A DNA stretch of 64,000 nucleotides. Source: Myxococcota bacterium (GTDB taxonomy: Bacteria; Myxococcota_A; SURF-8). Below are positions 36,210 through 44,338 of this stretch, piece by piece. Under the pieces are notes generated by a model. That model saw only the letters and a list, made by a program, of their open reading frames with translations, did not search any database and had not been told where the DNA came from. Each line of letters opens with the position of its first letter. Position 1 is the stretch's first letter. Both the position numbers and the translations under genes were made by a program. The DNA lies in NCBI GenBank assembly GCA_963674735.2, contig CAXXQS010000001.1:1376001-1440000 (forward strand), written 5' to 3'.

Positions 36210-38099
36210 TTACAAAGAGTTAGCAAGCTCGCGTATGCGGCCGGCATCCGATGCGCGCGGAGCCATTTTGAGATAACGCAGAAAGTAGTTTTTTGCAGGT
36301 TTTTTCTGGTCGAGCTTCAGGTAGGTCAAACCGAGTTTTTTATAAACCGGAGCCGATTTGGAATTATATTTGCGGGCAAGGTTATAGTGCTTCAAAGCCT
36401 GATGGTAATCCTCCGAGCGAAATGCACGATTGCCGTTTTCGTATTCCTCAAGAGCTAATTTTTGCTTTGCTTGCGGGTCGAGCTTCGGTTCCGAGCGTCT
36501 GTTTTTCACGGTCATCTTTCGGATAGGAGCGACGCTTTTTTCGGCTTCCACTTCCGCTTCTTGTTCTAGTTCGGGATCCCCATCTGGAGGTAAAATGGCT
36601 TCGCCTGTCTTTTCGACGGCGGCTGGCTCATCCACTTCATTAATCGCCAACTTGGGATCGGTCGGCCCCGTTTCTTCCGGCGCGCTCCCAAATATCAGCC
36701 ACAGCGAGGCAACGATCACTCCAACCAGTACCACCAGAATCAGGCCTATTTTTCCTGGCGATACACCGGGACTAGACGCGTAATTGTCCGTCGAAAACGA
36801 GCCCGACGCCGTTTCACTGCTTGAAGAGCTCCGTTCATTTGACGAAGCATCCGCACCTTGTGTGATTGGAATGGGATTGTACACGAATTCGTCGGTCGTG
36901 GGCGGTGGCGTGTCATCCGTATCGGTCTGAGCGTTAACTTCCAAGGTTGTGCTGGAAATCGGCGGTAGAGGCGGAAGCCCGGGAGATGAAGACTCCTCGC
37001 CGTAAATCGCTGTTTTTGAAGGGGTCGGTTGGGGCACTACCGACTCGCTCGCCGTTTCCATAACATGTGTGCCGCCCGCTCGATTGACAACACGCCGGGA
37101 AGGCGCCGAGGCTTCGGGATCCGATTCACGTATCGACAGTTCAAGCGAAAGCTTCATGGCATGCGCATCGGGAAATCGCAGATTTCGATCTTTCTGCATC
37201 GCGATTCTCGCCACTTCCTGAAGCTTTGGATGAATATCAAGATCAGGACGACGAGCCGCGGGCGAAATCGCCTCGTCACGAATGTGCATACCCAAAATGG
37301 CTTGGTAGTTATTGGCATCGAACGGAACGAGGCCCGTTAGCAATTCGTAGAGAATGCAACCGGCTGAATAGATGTCGGTTCGCGAATCGAGATCTTTCCC
37401 CATCGCCTGCTCGGGCGACATGTATTCGGGTGTTCCACAAACGATTCCCTGCAAAGTCAACGCAGGCATACTGGAATCGCGTTCCTGCAGTTTGGCGATG
37501 CCGAAATCGAGAACCTTGACGTAGTCCTCCTGTTCGGCGCGACGAATCAGCTTGATATTATCCGGTTTCAGATCGCGGTGGATGATTTTGTTCGAGTGGG
37601 CCTCATGCAATACCGACAAAACCTGAGACAAGATGTGAACGATTCGTTCAGGCGAAAGCGGAAATTCAGTCCGGATTACGTCGGAGAGATCTTTGCCCTC
37701 CAAATACTCCATAACGATGAAGTGGCTGTTGTCGTCCGTTTGGCCGAAGTCGATGATCCCGATGGAATTGGGATGTTCGAGACGCGAAGCCGACCAGGCT
37801 TCTCGCTGAAACCGTTTGACCTGAGTCTCGTTTTGCAGAAGAGTCTTATGCAGGATCTTGATGGCAACCGTTTTGTTGAGGGACAGCTGCTCGGCTTTGT
37901 AGACTTTTCCCATGCCGCCATCGCCGAGATGGTCCAAGACCATGTATTTACCATCGAGAACCAAGCCCATGTACGTATCTTTCCGGGGTCGGTCGTTCTG
38001 CAAGGCAGCCAGGTTTTCACCGCAACCGACACAGAAGCGGGCTTCATCCTCATTCTCTCGTGCACAGCGTGGACATTCGATCACGCGTTCATCCTCCAA
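36210..38099 (-). CDS. Hanks-type Ser/Thr protein kinase (Zn ribbon - kinase - TM - TPR)
   Basis: CPRC..CVGCG, LGDGGMGKVY, VAIK, HRDLKPDN, DFGIAK, GTPEYMSPEQ, TM segment, TPR. Confidence 0.95.
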   Translation of the reverse strand: MEDERVIECPRCARENEDEARFCVGCGENLAALQNDRPRKDTYMGLVLDGKYMVLDHLGDGGMGKVYKAEQLSLNKTVAIKILHKTLLQNETQVKRFQREAWSASRLEHPNSIGIIDFGQTDDNSHFIVMEYLEGKDLSDVIRTEFPLSPERIVHILSQVLSVLHEAHSNKIIHRDLKPDNIKLIRRAEQEDYVKVLDFGIAKLQERDSSMPALTLQGIVCGTPEYMSPEQAMGKDLDSRTDIYSAGCILYELLTGLVPFDANNYQAILGMHIRDEAISPAARRPDLDIHPKLQEVARIAMQKDRNLRFPDAHAMKLSLELSIRESDPEASAPSRRVVNRAGGTHVMETASESVVPQPTPSKTAIYGEESSSPGLPPLPPISSTTLEVNAQTDTDDTPPPTTDEFVYNPIPITQGADASSNERSSSSSETASGSFSTDNYASSPGVSPGKIGLILVVLVGVIVASLWLIFGSAPEETGPTDPKLAINEVDEPAAVEKTGEAILPPDGDPELEQEAEVEAEKSVAPIRKMTVKNRRSEPKLDPQAKQKLALEEYENGNRAFRSEDYHQALKHYNLARKYNSKSAPVYKKLGLTYLKLDQKKPAKNYFLRYLKMAPRASDAGRIRELANSL

Positions 38100-38189
38100 A
38101 GGGTTTAGCGACGCTGCCCATTTTACACGGGTAAGCTGGGTTCACAAGTAAAAACCCTTCGTTAACCGTTATCCCCAAAAGGAATCAGA

Positions 38190-39947
38190 CTAGAATCGGA
38201 CGCGGACTTTCCCTTTGACACCCTCGAAAGGTGGAACCCGTCGGCAAAATCCGCCGTAGCAGCGAACGCTTTCACGCACCTGACCGCCGAAAATGGAAAT
38301 CTCGACGATGTCTGAAAACGCGGAGGTGATTTCACCGGCTACGAAATGATTGCTTTCGTCATCTCCGGCGCTTGGAAGAAAATCTTTCGATTGGAAGGTG
38401 TATAACAGGCTGGCGCTGAACCAGTTGACGAACGTATAGCTGAAGGTCAGGTCCAGGTCGTCTTCCAACTGTTTCAACAACTGGTAATCTTTACGCAAAT
38501 AGAATCCTTCGAACCCGAGTACGTGCCCGTGGACAACCGGAGCCGAAACTCCGGCCTTCACGTGGATCAGCTCAAGCAACTCCTGTTTGTCGTCCAGGCT
38601 CCACTCATCGCGGAAACCTGCATCAACAAACAATTCCACCTCGCCGATTGCCTGTGTCAGTCCGGCGTAACCATGCCAGATGCGATCGCCCTGGCGTTCC
38701 GCATCCGGGGAACCGAAACCGCCGAGATTGGTGGTGCCTTGTTCGCTGGTATCGTTGACGGTGTAGTACAAAACCGCGTAAGGCTGAGTGCCCGTCGAAA
38801 CCGCGTTATACTCCGCGCGAAGTCGAAATCCTTGATCGTTTCCGTATACGCGATTGGTTTCGATATCCGTGCGTTCCAGGGTCGGCAGGTTGTGGTAGTA
38901 AACATCTTCGAAGAAATCGAGTCCCTCGGGGATCTCCTGGCCATCTTCCAGAATGTATCCGAGTGGCGCACGGCCACGGCGAAAGAAGAAATCATCGTAG
39001 CGTTTGTATTCGGCTGTTAGAACGAAATTTTCGACGTAAGCCGAGAAGCTGCCGTAAACGCCGGTTCCCGTGTCGCTGACATAGCGGAAATCGTTCAAAC
39101 TCTCCGTGACCTCCCGCCCTTCTCGCCGGATCTGGTTTCCTTCAAGATAAAATGAGGCGTAGCCGAGTATGTCGGGAACATCAATCGACATTCCCAGAAT
39201 CGTTGCCTGATTCTCTCCGACGAAACGTCGGGTGTCGTCGCTTTCGAGCAGGGCAAAGTGGGTGTCGACCAGGTGAAGTCCAAGTGACAGAGTGTCGAAG
39301 AGTCGCTGTTCCAGTCGAACGCCGGCAATCAGGTCGTAGGGGTCTTCCTGCGGCCATTCGTGGGTGGGATCGACATTGATCGTATTGGTCAGGCCGACGA
39401 GAGCCGTTGCCGTTGTATCTTGATAGCGGAATTCGATTTTGGCTCCACGGAGGGTATTGTCGATCTCGCCCTCCCCTTCTTTCCGCATGGCCAAAGCCAA
39501 ACCGCGGCCGAATGTCACGTAATAATCGCCCAGATCCACCCGCAGATTATCGCCATCGTAAACGAGGTAGTATTTCTCGAAACGATAGTCGTTACTGGAT
39601 GCCGGTTGGTGAAAAAGGACCGGTGCGTCTTGCGGCTGTGGCACGACCCTTCGCAGGCGTTCCTGGACAAGAGGATCGGGATAATACAACAGTTCCAAAC
39701 GCATTCCTGCCTGAAAGCGGTTCCATCGTAAATCGGTCTGTAGGATGTTCTTCAGCTTGACGAAGTCGTCCTTCAGCACCAGCGGACCGCCTTCGAATTC
39801 ATGTTGGCGATGCCATTCGGCAACAAAGACATCATCGACCGTCCATGTAAGCGGGCGCTCGCTGTCCTGGAAAAACGTTAATGCTTTTGCGGGCGTAGGC
39901 GCGATAAGCATGCAGAATAAAAGAAACGGAAGAAGCAGGCGGATCAT
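38190..39947 (-). CDS. DUF6029-like outer-membrane beta-barrel protein
   Basis: Signal peptide, LGDYYVTFGRGLAL, IDNTLRG, AEYKRY, C-terminal CYGGFCRRVPPFEG..VRF. Family assignment from memory. Confidence 0.7.
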   Translation of the reverse strand: MIRLLLPFLLFCMLIAPTPAKALTFFQDSERPLTWTVDDVFVAEWHRQHEFEGGPLVLKDDFVKLKNILQTDLRWNRFQAGMRLELLYYPDPLVQERLRRVVPQPQDAPVLFHQPASSNDYRFEKYYLVYDGDNLRVDLGDYYVTFGRGLALAMRKEGEGEIDNTLRGAKIEFRYQDTTATALVGLTNTINVDPTHEWPQEDPYDLIAGVRLEQRLFDTLSLGLHLVDTHFALLESDDTRRFVGENQATILGMSIDVPDILGYASFYLEGNQIRREGREVTESLNDFRYVSDTGTGVYGSFSAYVENFVLTAEYKRYDDFFFRRGRAPLGYILEDGQEIPEGLDFFEDVYYHNLPTLERTDIETNRVYGNDQGFRLRAEYNAVSTGTQPYAVLYYTVNDTSEQGTTNLGGFGSPDAERQGDRIWHGYAGLTQAIGEVELFVDAGFRDEWSLDDKQELLELIHVKAGVSAPVVHGHVLGFEGFYLRKDYQLLKQLEDDLDLTFSYTFVNWFSASLLYTFQSKDFLPSAGDDESNHFVAGEITSAFSDIVEISIFGGQVRESVRCYGGFCRRVPPFEGVKGKVRVRF

Positions 39948-39951
39948 GGCA

Positions 39952-40536
39952 TTACTCGCCAAGAAGGGCGGCGACCTGCCCTTCGATCTGACTTTGTTCC
40001 CCGGCAAGAAAGCCACGCTGTTCCATGCGCAGTTTTCCTTTTCGATCGATCAAAATAGCGAAGGGAAGAGCCTGACTTGAGTTGTAGCGGTTCAAGACGC
40101 GCATTTCGGGATCGAACAAGACCGGATAGGCCGTTTTGAGAGCGCGGGCCTGTGCCATGGCAACGGACCGCCTTTCGGCTCCATCCACGTTGATGGCGAG
40201 CACCTCGAAACCACGATCGGCATAACGATTTTTAAGATCGTTGAGAAACGTCATCTCCATTTTGCAGGCGTGGCACCAGGTCGCCCAGAACGTCACCCAC
40301 ACGACTTGTCCCTGAAAATCGTTTAACTTGATATTTCGCCCTTTTGTGTCGGGCAACGTAAAGTCAACGGCGGGTCCGGACTCAATGGCTTTTGCACCGG
40401 AATCTTGTGCCGCCACGCCATCGCCGGTTTGTGAATCCGCTCGTACTGATGTTTTGTCTGCCGTACAAGCAAACAGCATTGAAACAACGAGCAAAACCAA
40501 AGCGATTCGCACACCCTTGATCGCCACGATGGACAT
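39952..40536 (-). CDS. TlpA-family thiol-disulfide oxidoreductase lipoprotein
   Basis: LFAC lipobox, DFTL, FWATWCHAC, cis-Pro LP. Confidence 0.9.
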   Translation of the reverse strand: MSIVAIKGVRIALVLLVVSMLFACTADKTSVRADSQTGDGVAAQDSGAKAIESGPAVDFTLPDTKGRNIKLNDFQGQVVWVTFWATWCHACKMEMTFLNDLKNRYADRGFEVLAINVDGAERRSVAMAQARALKTAYPVLFDPEMRVLNRYNSSQALPFAILIDRKGKLRMEQRGFLAGEQSQIEGQVAALLGE

Positions 40537-40574
40537 TCCGGTTCCTTTCTTTCAAACCTGATAATCGAGTGAAA

Positions 40575-41237
40575 TCAGTTCGATTCGTCGATAATTGCAA
40601 TCAGCCGATCTTTAATGGAAGCCGGGATATCTCCTTCCAGAAGGTACTGAATGCGCATGTCGGCGTCCAAGACGATATTCAACGGCGTCGCGTACTGTCC
40701 CCCGCCAGCCTGAATGGCCGGATGATAATCGAGGAAATGATTGTTGCCATCAACCAGTACCGGAAACGGCAAATCGTATTCTGTTTTCCACGATTCGGCG
40801 AACGCTTGATCGGCCGGTTTCCCGGCATTGTTCTCAAATACGGCTTGAAGAACAACGAGTCCATCCGATTCGAGATCGGTATACCATTCGGCCAATGTGG
40901 GGGTCTCTCGACGGCAGACGGTGCACCAACCGGCAGAATGGTTGATGAGAATGGCCGTAGCGCTACCGAAGTAATCCTTCAGCTCGACGGCATTCCCATC
41001 CGCATCTTGAAGACTGAAATTGGCCATGGTGTCGCCGAGTACATAACCATACGGACCGGCCGGATAATCGCCGCTGTCGCCATCGGGAGTGTCGCCATCC
41101 GAATCGTCTCCATCAGAAACATCGCCGTCGCTGGAGCCTTCCTCGTCATCGTATCCCCCACAAGCAGAGAAAACCAATCCCGATAGGATTACGAACGTTG
41201 TCAGAGAAAGAAGAAGACGAAAGGCCTGGGTTTTCAT
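40575..41237 (-). CDS. Redoxin/TlpA-like lipoprotein
   Basis: FSAC lipobox, DGD repeats, YPAGPYG, SAGWCTVC, TP motif. Confidence 0.85.
   Translation of the reverse strand: MKTQAFRLLLSLTTFVILSGLVFSACGGYDDEEGSSDGDVSDGDDSDGDTPDGDSGDYPAGPYGYVLGDTMANFSLQDADGNAVELKDYFGSATAILINHSAGWCTVCRRETPTLAEWYTDLESDGLVVLQAVFENNAGKPADQAFAESWKTEYDLPFPVLVDGNNHFLDYHPAIQAGGGQYATPLNIVLDADMRIQYLLEGDIPASIKDRLIAIIDESN
41076..41129 (-). repeat. Four 15-nt-period coding repeats (xxDGD)
   Basis: Plus strand GTCGCCATC / GTCGCCATC / GTCTCCATC / ATCGCCGTC at 15-nt period, encoding SDGDVSDGDDSDGDTPDGD. Confidence 0.7.
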
Positions 41238-41407
41238 TGTGCGTAATCTCCTTGGAGTTGAATCAGCCTTGCATTCCCGAATAGGAAACGACGGATTTCG
41301 GATGTTAGCACTGCTTGGCGTGGAACGTCAAGTGCACAGATAATATTGGAGAAATGATGATTCACGACTCGTTTCACGAATAATGTTTGCGGAGCCATCA
41401 TCGAAAC

Positions 41408-41436
41408 TTGCGTTTTATCGTGCGACTTCGTAGGAT
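41408..41436 (+). promoter_or_regulatory. Putative sigma70 promoter of the SDR operon
   Basis: TTGCGT-N17-TAGGAT. Confidence 0.45.
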
Positions 41437-41473
41437 ATCCGTGTCGGATAGGTAAAGAGTATAGGAGGCCGAA

Positions 41474-42193
41474 GTGGCTGTTTATTTGATTACAGGTGCA
41501 TCATCCGGGATCGGGGAACAACTTTCACGGCAAGCCTGCAAAAACGGCCACACCGTCTATGGAATAGCGCGCAGAATCGATTTGCTGAAAAAGCTGGAAA
41601 AGGAACTGGATGGGCGATTCATTCCGATTGCCTGCGATGTAGCGGATGCCGAAGCCGTCCAAGCGGTTGTTGAAAGCCTGAAAGATCTGCCGGATATTGC
41701 GATCTTGAACGCCGGTGTCGGCGATTTCGATTCCAGGCGAAAAATCGATTCAGCCATGCATGCCAAAACCTTCGCCGTCAATTACTTCGGTGTTATGCAT
41801 TTTATCAGCGCCCTTTTCCCTGCCTTCGTAAGCCGTGGGAGCGGAACTTTCGTCGCGACTTCGAGCATGGCGGGTTATCGCGGACTTCCCAATGCCGCAG
41901 CCTATTGCGCGAGCAAGGCCGCCATCTCGGTCGCCATGGAGTCCATGCGCTGCACCTACCGGAAACAAGGCATCCGTTTCGTTACCATTCACCCTGGTTT
42001 TGTCGATACACCGATGACGCAAGTGAACAGCACTCCCATGCCGTTTTTATGGTCAGCCGAAAAGGCGGCTCACCACATTTTACATAAAATCGATCGCGGT
42101 TGTTGGCATATCAACTTCCCCCTCCCCATTTGGGTGGCGATGTGGATTGCCCGAGTGATTCCGGCCGGTCTCTACAGACGAATCATGAGATAA
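41474..42193 (+). CDS. Short-chain dehydrogenase/reductase
   Basis: TGASSGIG, NAG, SS, YCASK, PGFVDT. Confidence 0.92.
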   Translation: MAVYLITGASSGIGEQLSRQACKNGHTVYGIARRIDLLKKLEKELDGRFIPIACDVADAEAVQAVVESLKDLPDIAILNAGVGDFDSRRKIDSAMHAKTFAVNYFGVMHFISALFPAFVSRGSGTFVATSSMAGYRGLPNAAAYCASKAAISVAMESMRCTYRKQGIRFVTIHPGFVDTPMTQVNSTPMPFLWSAEKAAHHILHKIDRGCWHINFPLPIWVAMWIARVIPAGLYRRIMR

Positions 42194-42217
42194 AACCATC
42201 GCGAGGAACGTTTAACC

Positions 42218-42865
42218 ATGCCCAAATCTTCCTGTAAATCCGACTTCCGCCAAGCATCGATTGCCAAACGCGACAATATCGATGCGGAACTTCGCGCAAC
42301 CTGGTCACATGAAGCCTGTGAAAGACTCACCTCGCTTGATGAGTTCCAAACGGCCGCTGCCATTCATGTTTTTGTTCCTTTCGGGTCGGAAATAGATACC
42401 CGGCCGCTAATCGAACAGGCGTGGAAAGAAGGAAAAACGGTGGTGGTCCCTAGAACCGATGTCGCCCATCAGAGACTCGAACATTGCATCATCAACGGCT
42501 GGCAAGATCTCGTCCCCGGTTATGCCTCCATCCCGGAACCGAGAGAAAACACCGAACGATTCGGTGTCTCTGAATTGGATTTGGTGGTGACACCCGGCTG
42601 CGCTTTTGATCCTTACGGAGCGCGCATGGGTTATGGCGGTGGGTACTATGACCGTTTTCTATATCTGACAACCGCCTCGCGCGTAGCCATTGCCTTCGAT
42701 ATCCAAATCATCGATCAGGTTCCCTACTGTGCCCACGATTTGCTGGTACACAAGGTGGTAACGGAAAAACGTGTTCTGATTTGCGATGCAACCGGCCAAC
42801 CACCCTGCTTTCTGATGCGCGAACACCCCGAAACCTGTCCGTATTCGGGGGACAATCGAAAATAG
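42218..42865 (+). CDS. ygfA: 5-formyltetrahydrofolate cyclo-ligase
   Basis: EIDT, IPEP, PGCAFD..GARMGYGGGYYDR, HD. Confidence 0.92.
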   Translation: MPKSSCKSDFRQASIAKRDNIDAELRATWSHEACERLTSLDEFQTAAAIHVFVPFGSEIDTRPLIEQAWKEGKTVVVPRTDVAHQRLEHCIINGWQDLVPGYASIPEPRENTERFGVSELDLVVTPGCAFDPYGARMGYGGGYYDRFLYLTTASRVAIAFDIQIIDQVPYCAHDLLVHKVVTEKRVLICDATGQPPCFLMREHPETCPYSGDNRK

Positions 42866-42882
42866 AGTAGATTTGTTCGCGG

Positions 42883-43302
42883 CTATTCGCCGATGATTTT
42901 CACCAATACCCGCTTGCGACGACGGCCATCGAACTCGCCATAGAAAATCTGTTCCCAGGTGCCGAAATCAAGACGTCCTTCGGTGATGGCAACAACCACC
43001 TCACGCCCCATCACCTGCCTCTTCATATGGGCGTCGGCGTTGTCTTCGCCAGTGCGGTTGTGAAAATACTGCGAAGTCGGCTCATGAGGCGCCAGTTTTT
43101 GCAACCATTTCTCATAGTCTTCGTGCAGCCCGGATTCATCGTCGTTAATAAACACGGAGGCGGTGATATGCATGGCGTTGACCAGCACCAATCCCTCTTG
43201 AATGCCGCTATCGATCAGGCATTCTTCAACTTTTGGGGTAATGTTGATGAAAGCGCGGCGTGTGGGGATGTCGAACCAAAGCTCTTTGCGATAGCTTTTC
43301 AT
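42883..43302 (-). CDS. yjbQ: YjbQ (UPF0047) family protein
   Basis: [28 protein letters not shown]. Confidence 0.9.
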   Translation of the reverse strand: MKSYRKELWFDIPTRRAFINITPKVEECLIDSGIQEGLVLVNAMHITASVFINDDESGLHEDYEKWLQKLAPHEPTSQYFHNRTGEDNADAHMKRQVMGREVVVAITEGRLDFGTWEQIFYGEFDGRRRKRVLVKIIGE

Positions 43303-43329
43303 GAGGAATCCTGTTCTGTTATCGGGTCG

Positions 43330-43890
43330 CTATTGCCAACGGGCGTCGTATTCAGCCGGGTCCTGGGGAGTGGATCCACCACCCGTCCATTGAACATCGA
43401 CGTTGCGACCGCCGCTGAACGTAATGGCACAGGCGAACCAACCTCCCAGGTAGGTCCACCACTGCGGCATGGGCTCGGCGAAATCGCGAACCGTTGCATG
43501 AACATGTCCCTTGCCCTGCGATTTGATCTGGATGGTTCCGCCGTTGATGACCCGCTGTTTCCAGAGAATAGCCGCAGTTTTGAGTACCCACTCAACCGAA
43601 ATGATTTTCATCAGCAAACGCTGGGTGGCGGAGAGATCAAACTCGCTGTTATGAAAGCCTAAATCGACCAGAACCTTTTCGTTTTTAGGCGTTAGAACGT
43701 CACCCACTCCTTTTAAAACCGCCGCTACATGCATGAAATCAACGTTCTTTTTGGGGTTGATTTTCGACTTGAAAATGGCGTTGGTTGAGGGCTCGAAAGT
43801 AGCGCAGACATCATGCCAAGCCTGTTGACCATACCATTTCTTTACAAACACCTCACTGGCAATCATGAAACGGTTTGTGATTTGGACCAT
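43330..43890 (-). CDS. Hypothetical protein, Myxococcales DUF2378/V4R-like
   Basis: GGAGGG RBS. Pattern resembles the V4R-like ligand-binding fold ending in Y..RW. Confidence 0.55.
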   Translation of the reverse strand: MVQITNRFMIASEVFVKKWYGQQAWHDVCATFEPSTNAIFKSKINPKKNVDFMHVAAVLKGVGDVLTPKNEKVLVDLGFHNSEFDLSATQRLLMKIISVEWVLKTAAILWKQRVINGGTIQIKSQGKGHVHATVRDFAEPMPQWWTYLGGWFACAITFSGGRNVDVQWTGGGSTPQDPAEYDARWQ

Positions 43891-43991
43891 CTCACCCTCC
43901 GATTTGAATGGATTATGGACGATCAGTTTATCATAACGAGTGAGCTTGACAACTTTTTCGCAAGCAATTACCCAAACGGGCGGATAGACTC

Positions 43992-44020
43992 TTGCTGTCT
44001 ATTCAAGCCCAGCCTATAAT
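43992..44020 (+). promoter_or_regulatory. Sigma70 promoter of the DUF503 gene
   Basis: TTGCTG-N17-TATAAT. Confidence 0.55.
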
Positions 44021-44050
44021 CGCGGAGCGTTTTCAATCGAGGAGTGGCTC

Positions 44051-44338
44051 ATGCATGTCGGTGCACTGAAAGTCAGAGTTCGTCTTTACGCCTGCACGGG
44101 CTTAAAAGCGAAACGCTCGGAAGTCAAGCGGATACTGGCACGAATCAAAGCTCGTTTCCCGGTTGCCATGGCGGAAGTCGGGGAACTGGACAAATGGCAA
44201 GTAGCCGAGTTGGGCTTTACTTGTGTTTCAAACGATCCCACGGTCTGCGAACGTATCCTCGATCAAGTCGAAGACGAAATCGAAGCCAAAGCCGATGCGG
44301 AAGTGCTTGGAGGTGAACGCGAAATCAGTAAGTTTTAA
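44051..44338 (+). CDS. DUF503 (YlxP-like) protein
   Basis: LKAKRS.VK, F.V..AEV..LD.WQ, VSND. Confidence 0.88.
   Translation: MHVGALKVRVRLYACTGLKAKRSEVKRILARIKARFPVAMAEVGELDKWQVAELGFTCVSNDPTVCERILDQVEDEIEAKADAEVLGGEREISKF

Noticed and set aside
39952-41237. Selenocysteine in the redoxins
   Set aside because: Both active sites are ordinary CxxC with no in-frame TGA.
42194-42217. 6S RNA upstream of ygfA
   Set aside because: Only 24 nt separate the SDR gene from ygfA.
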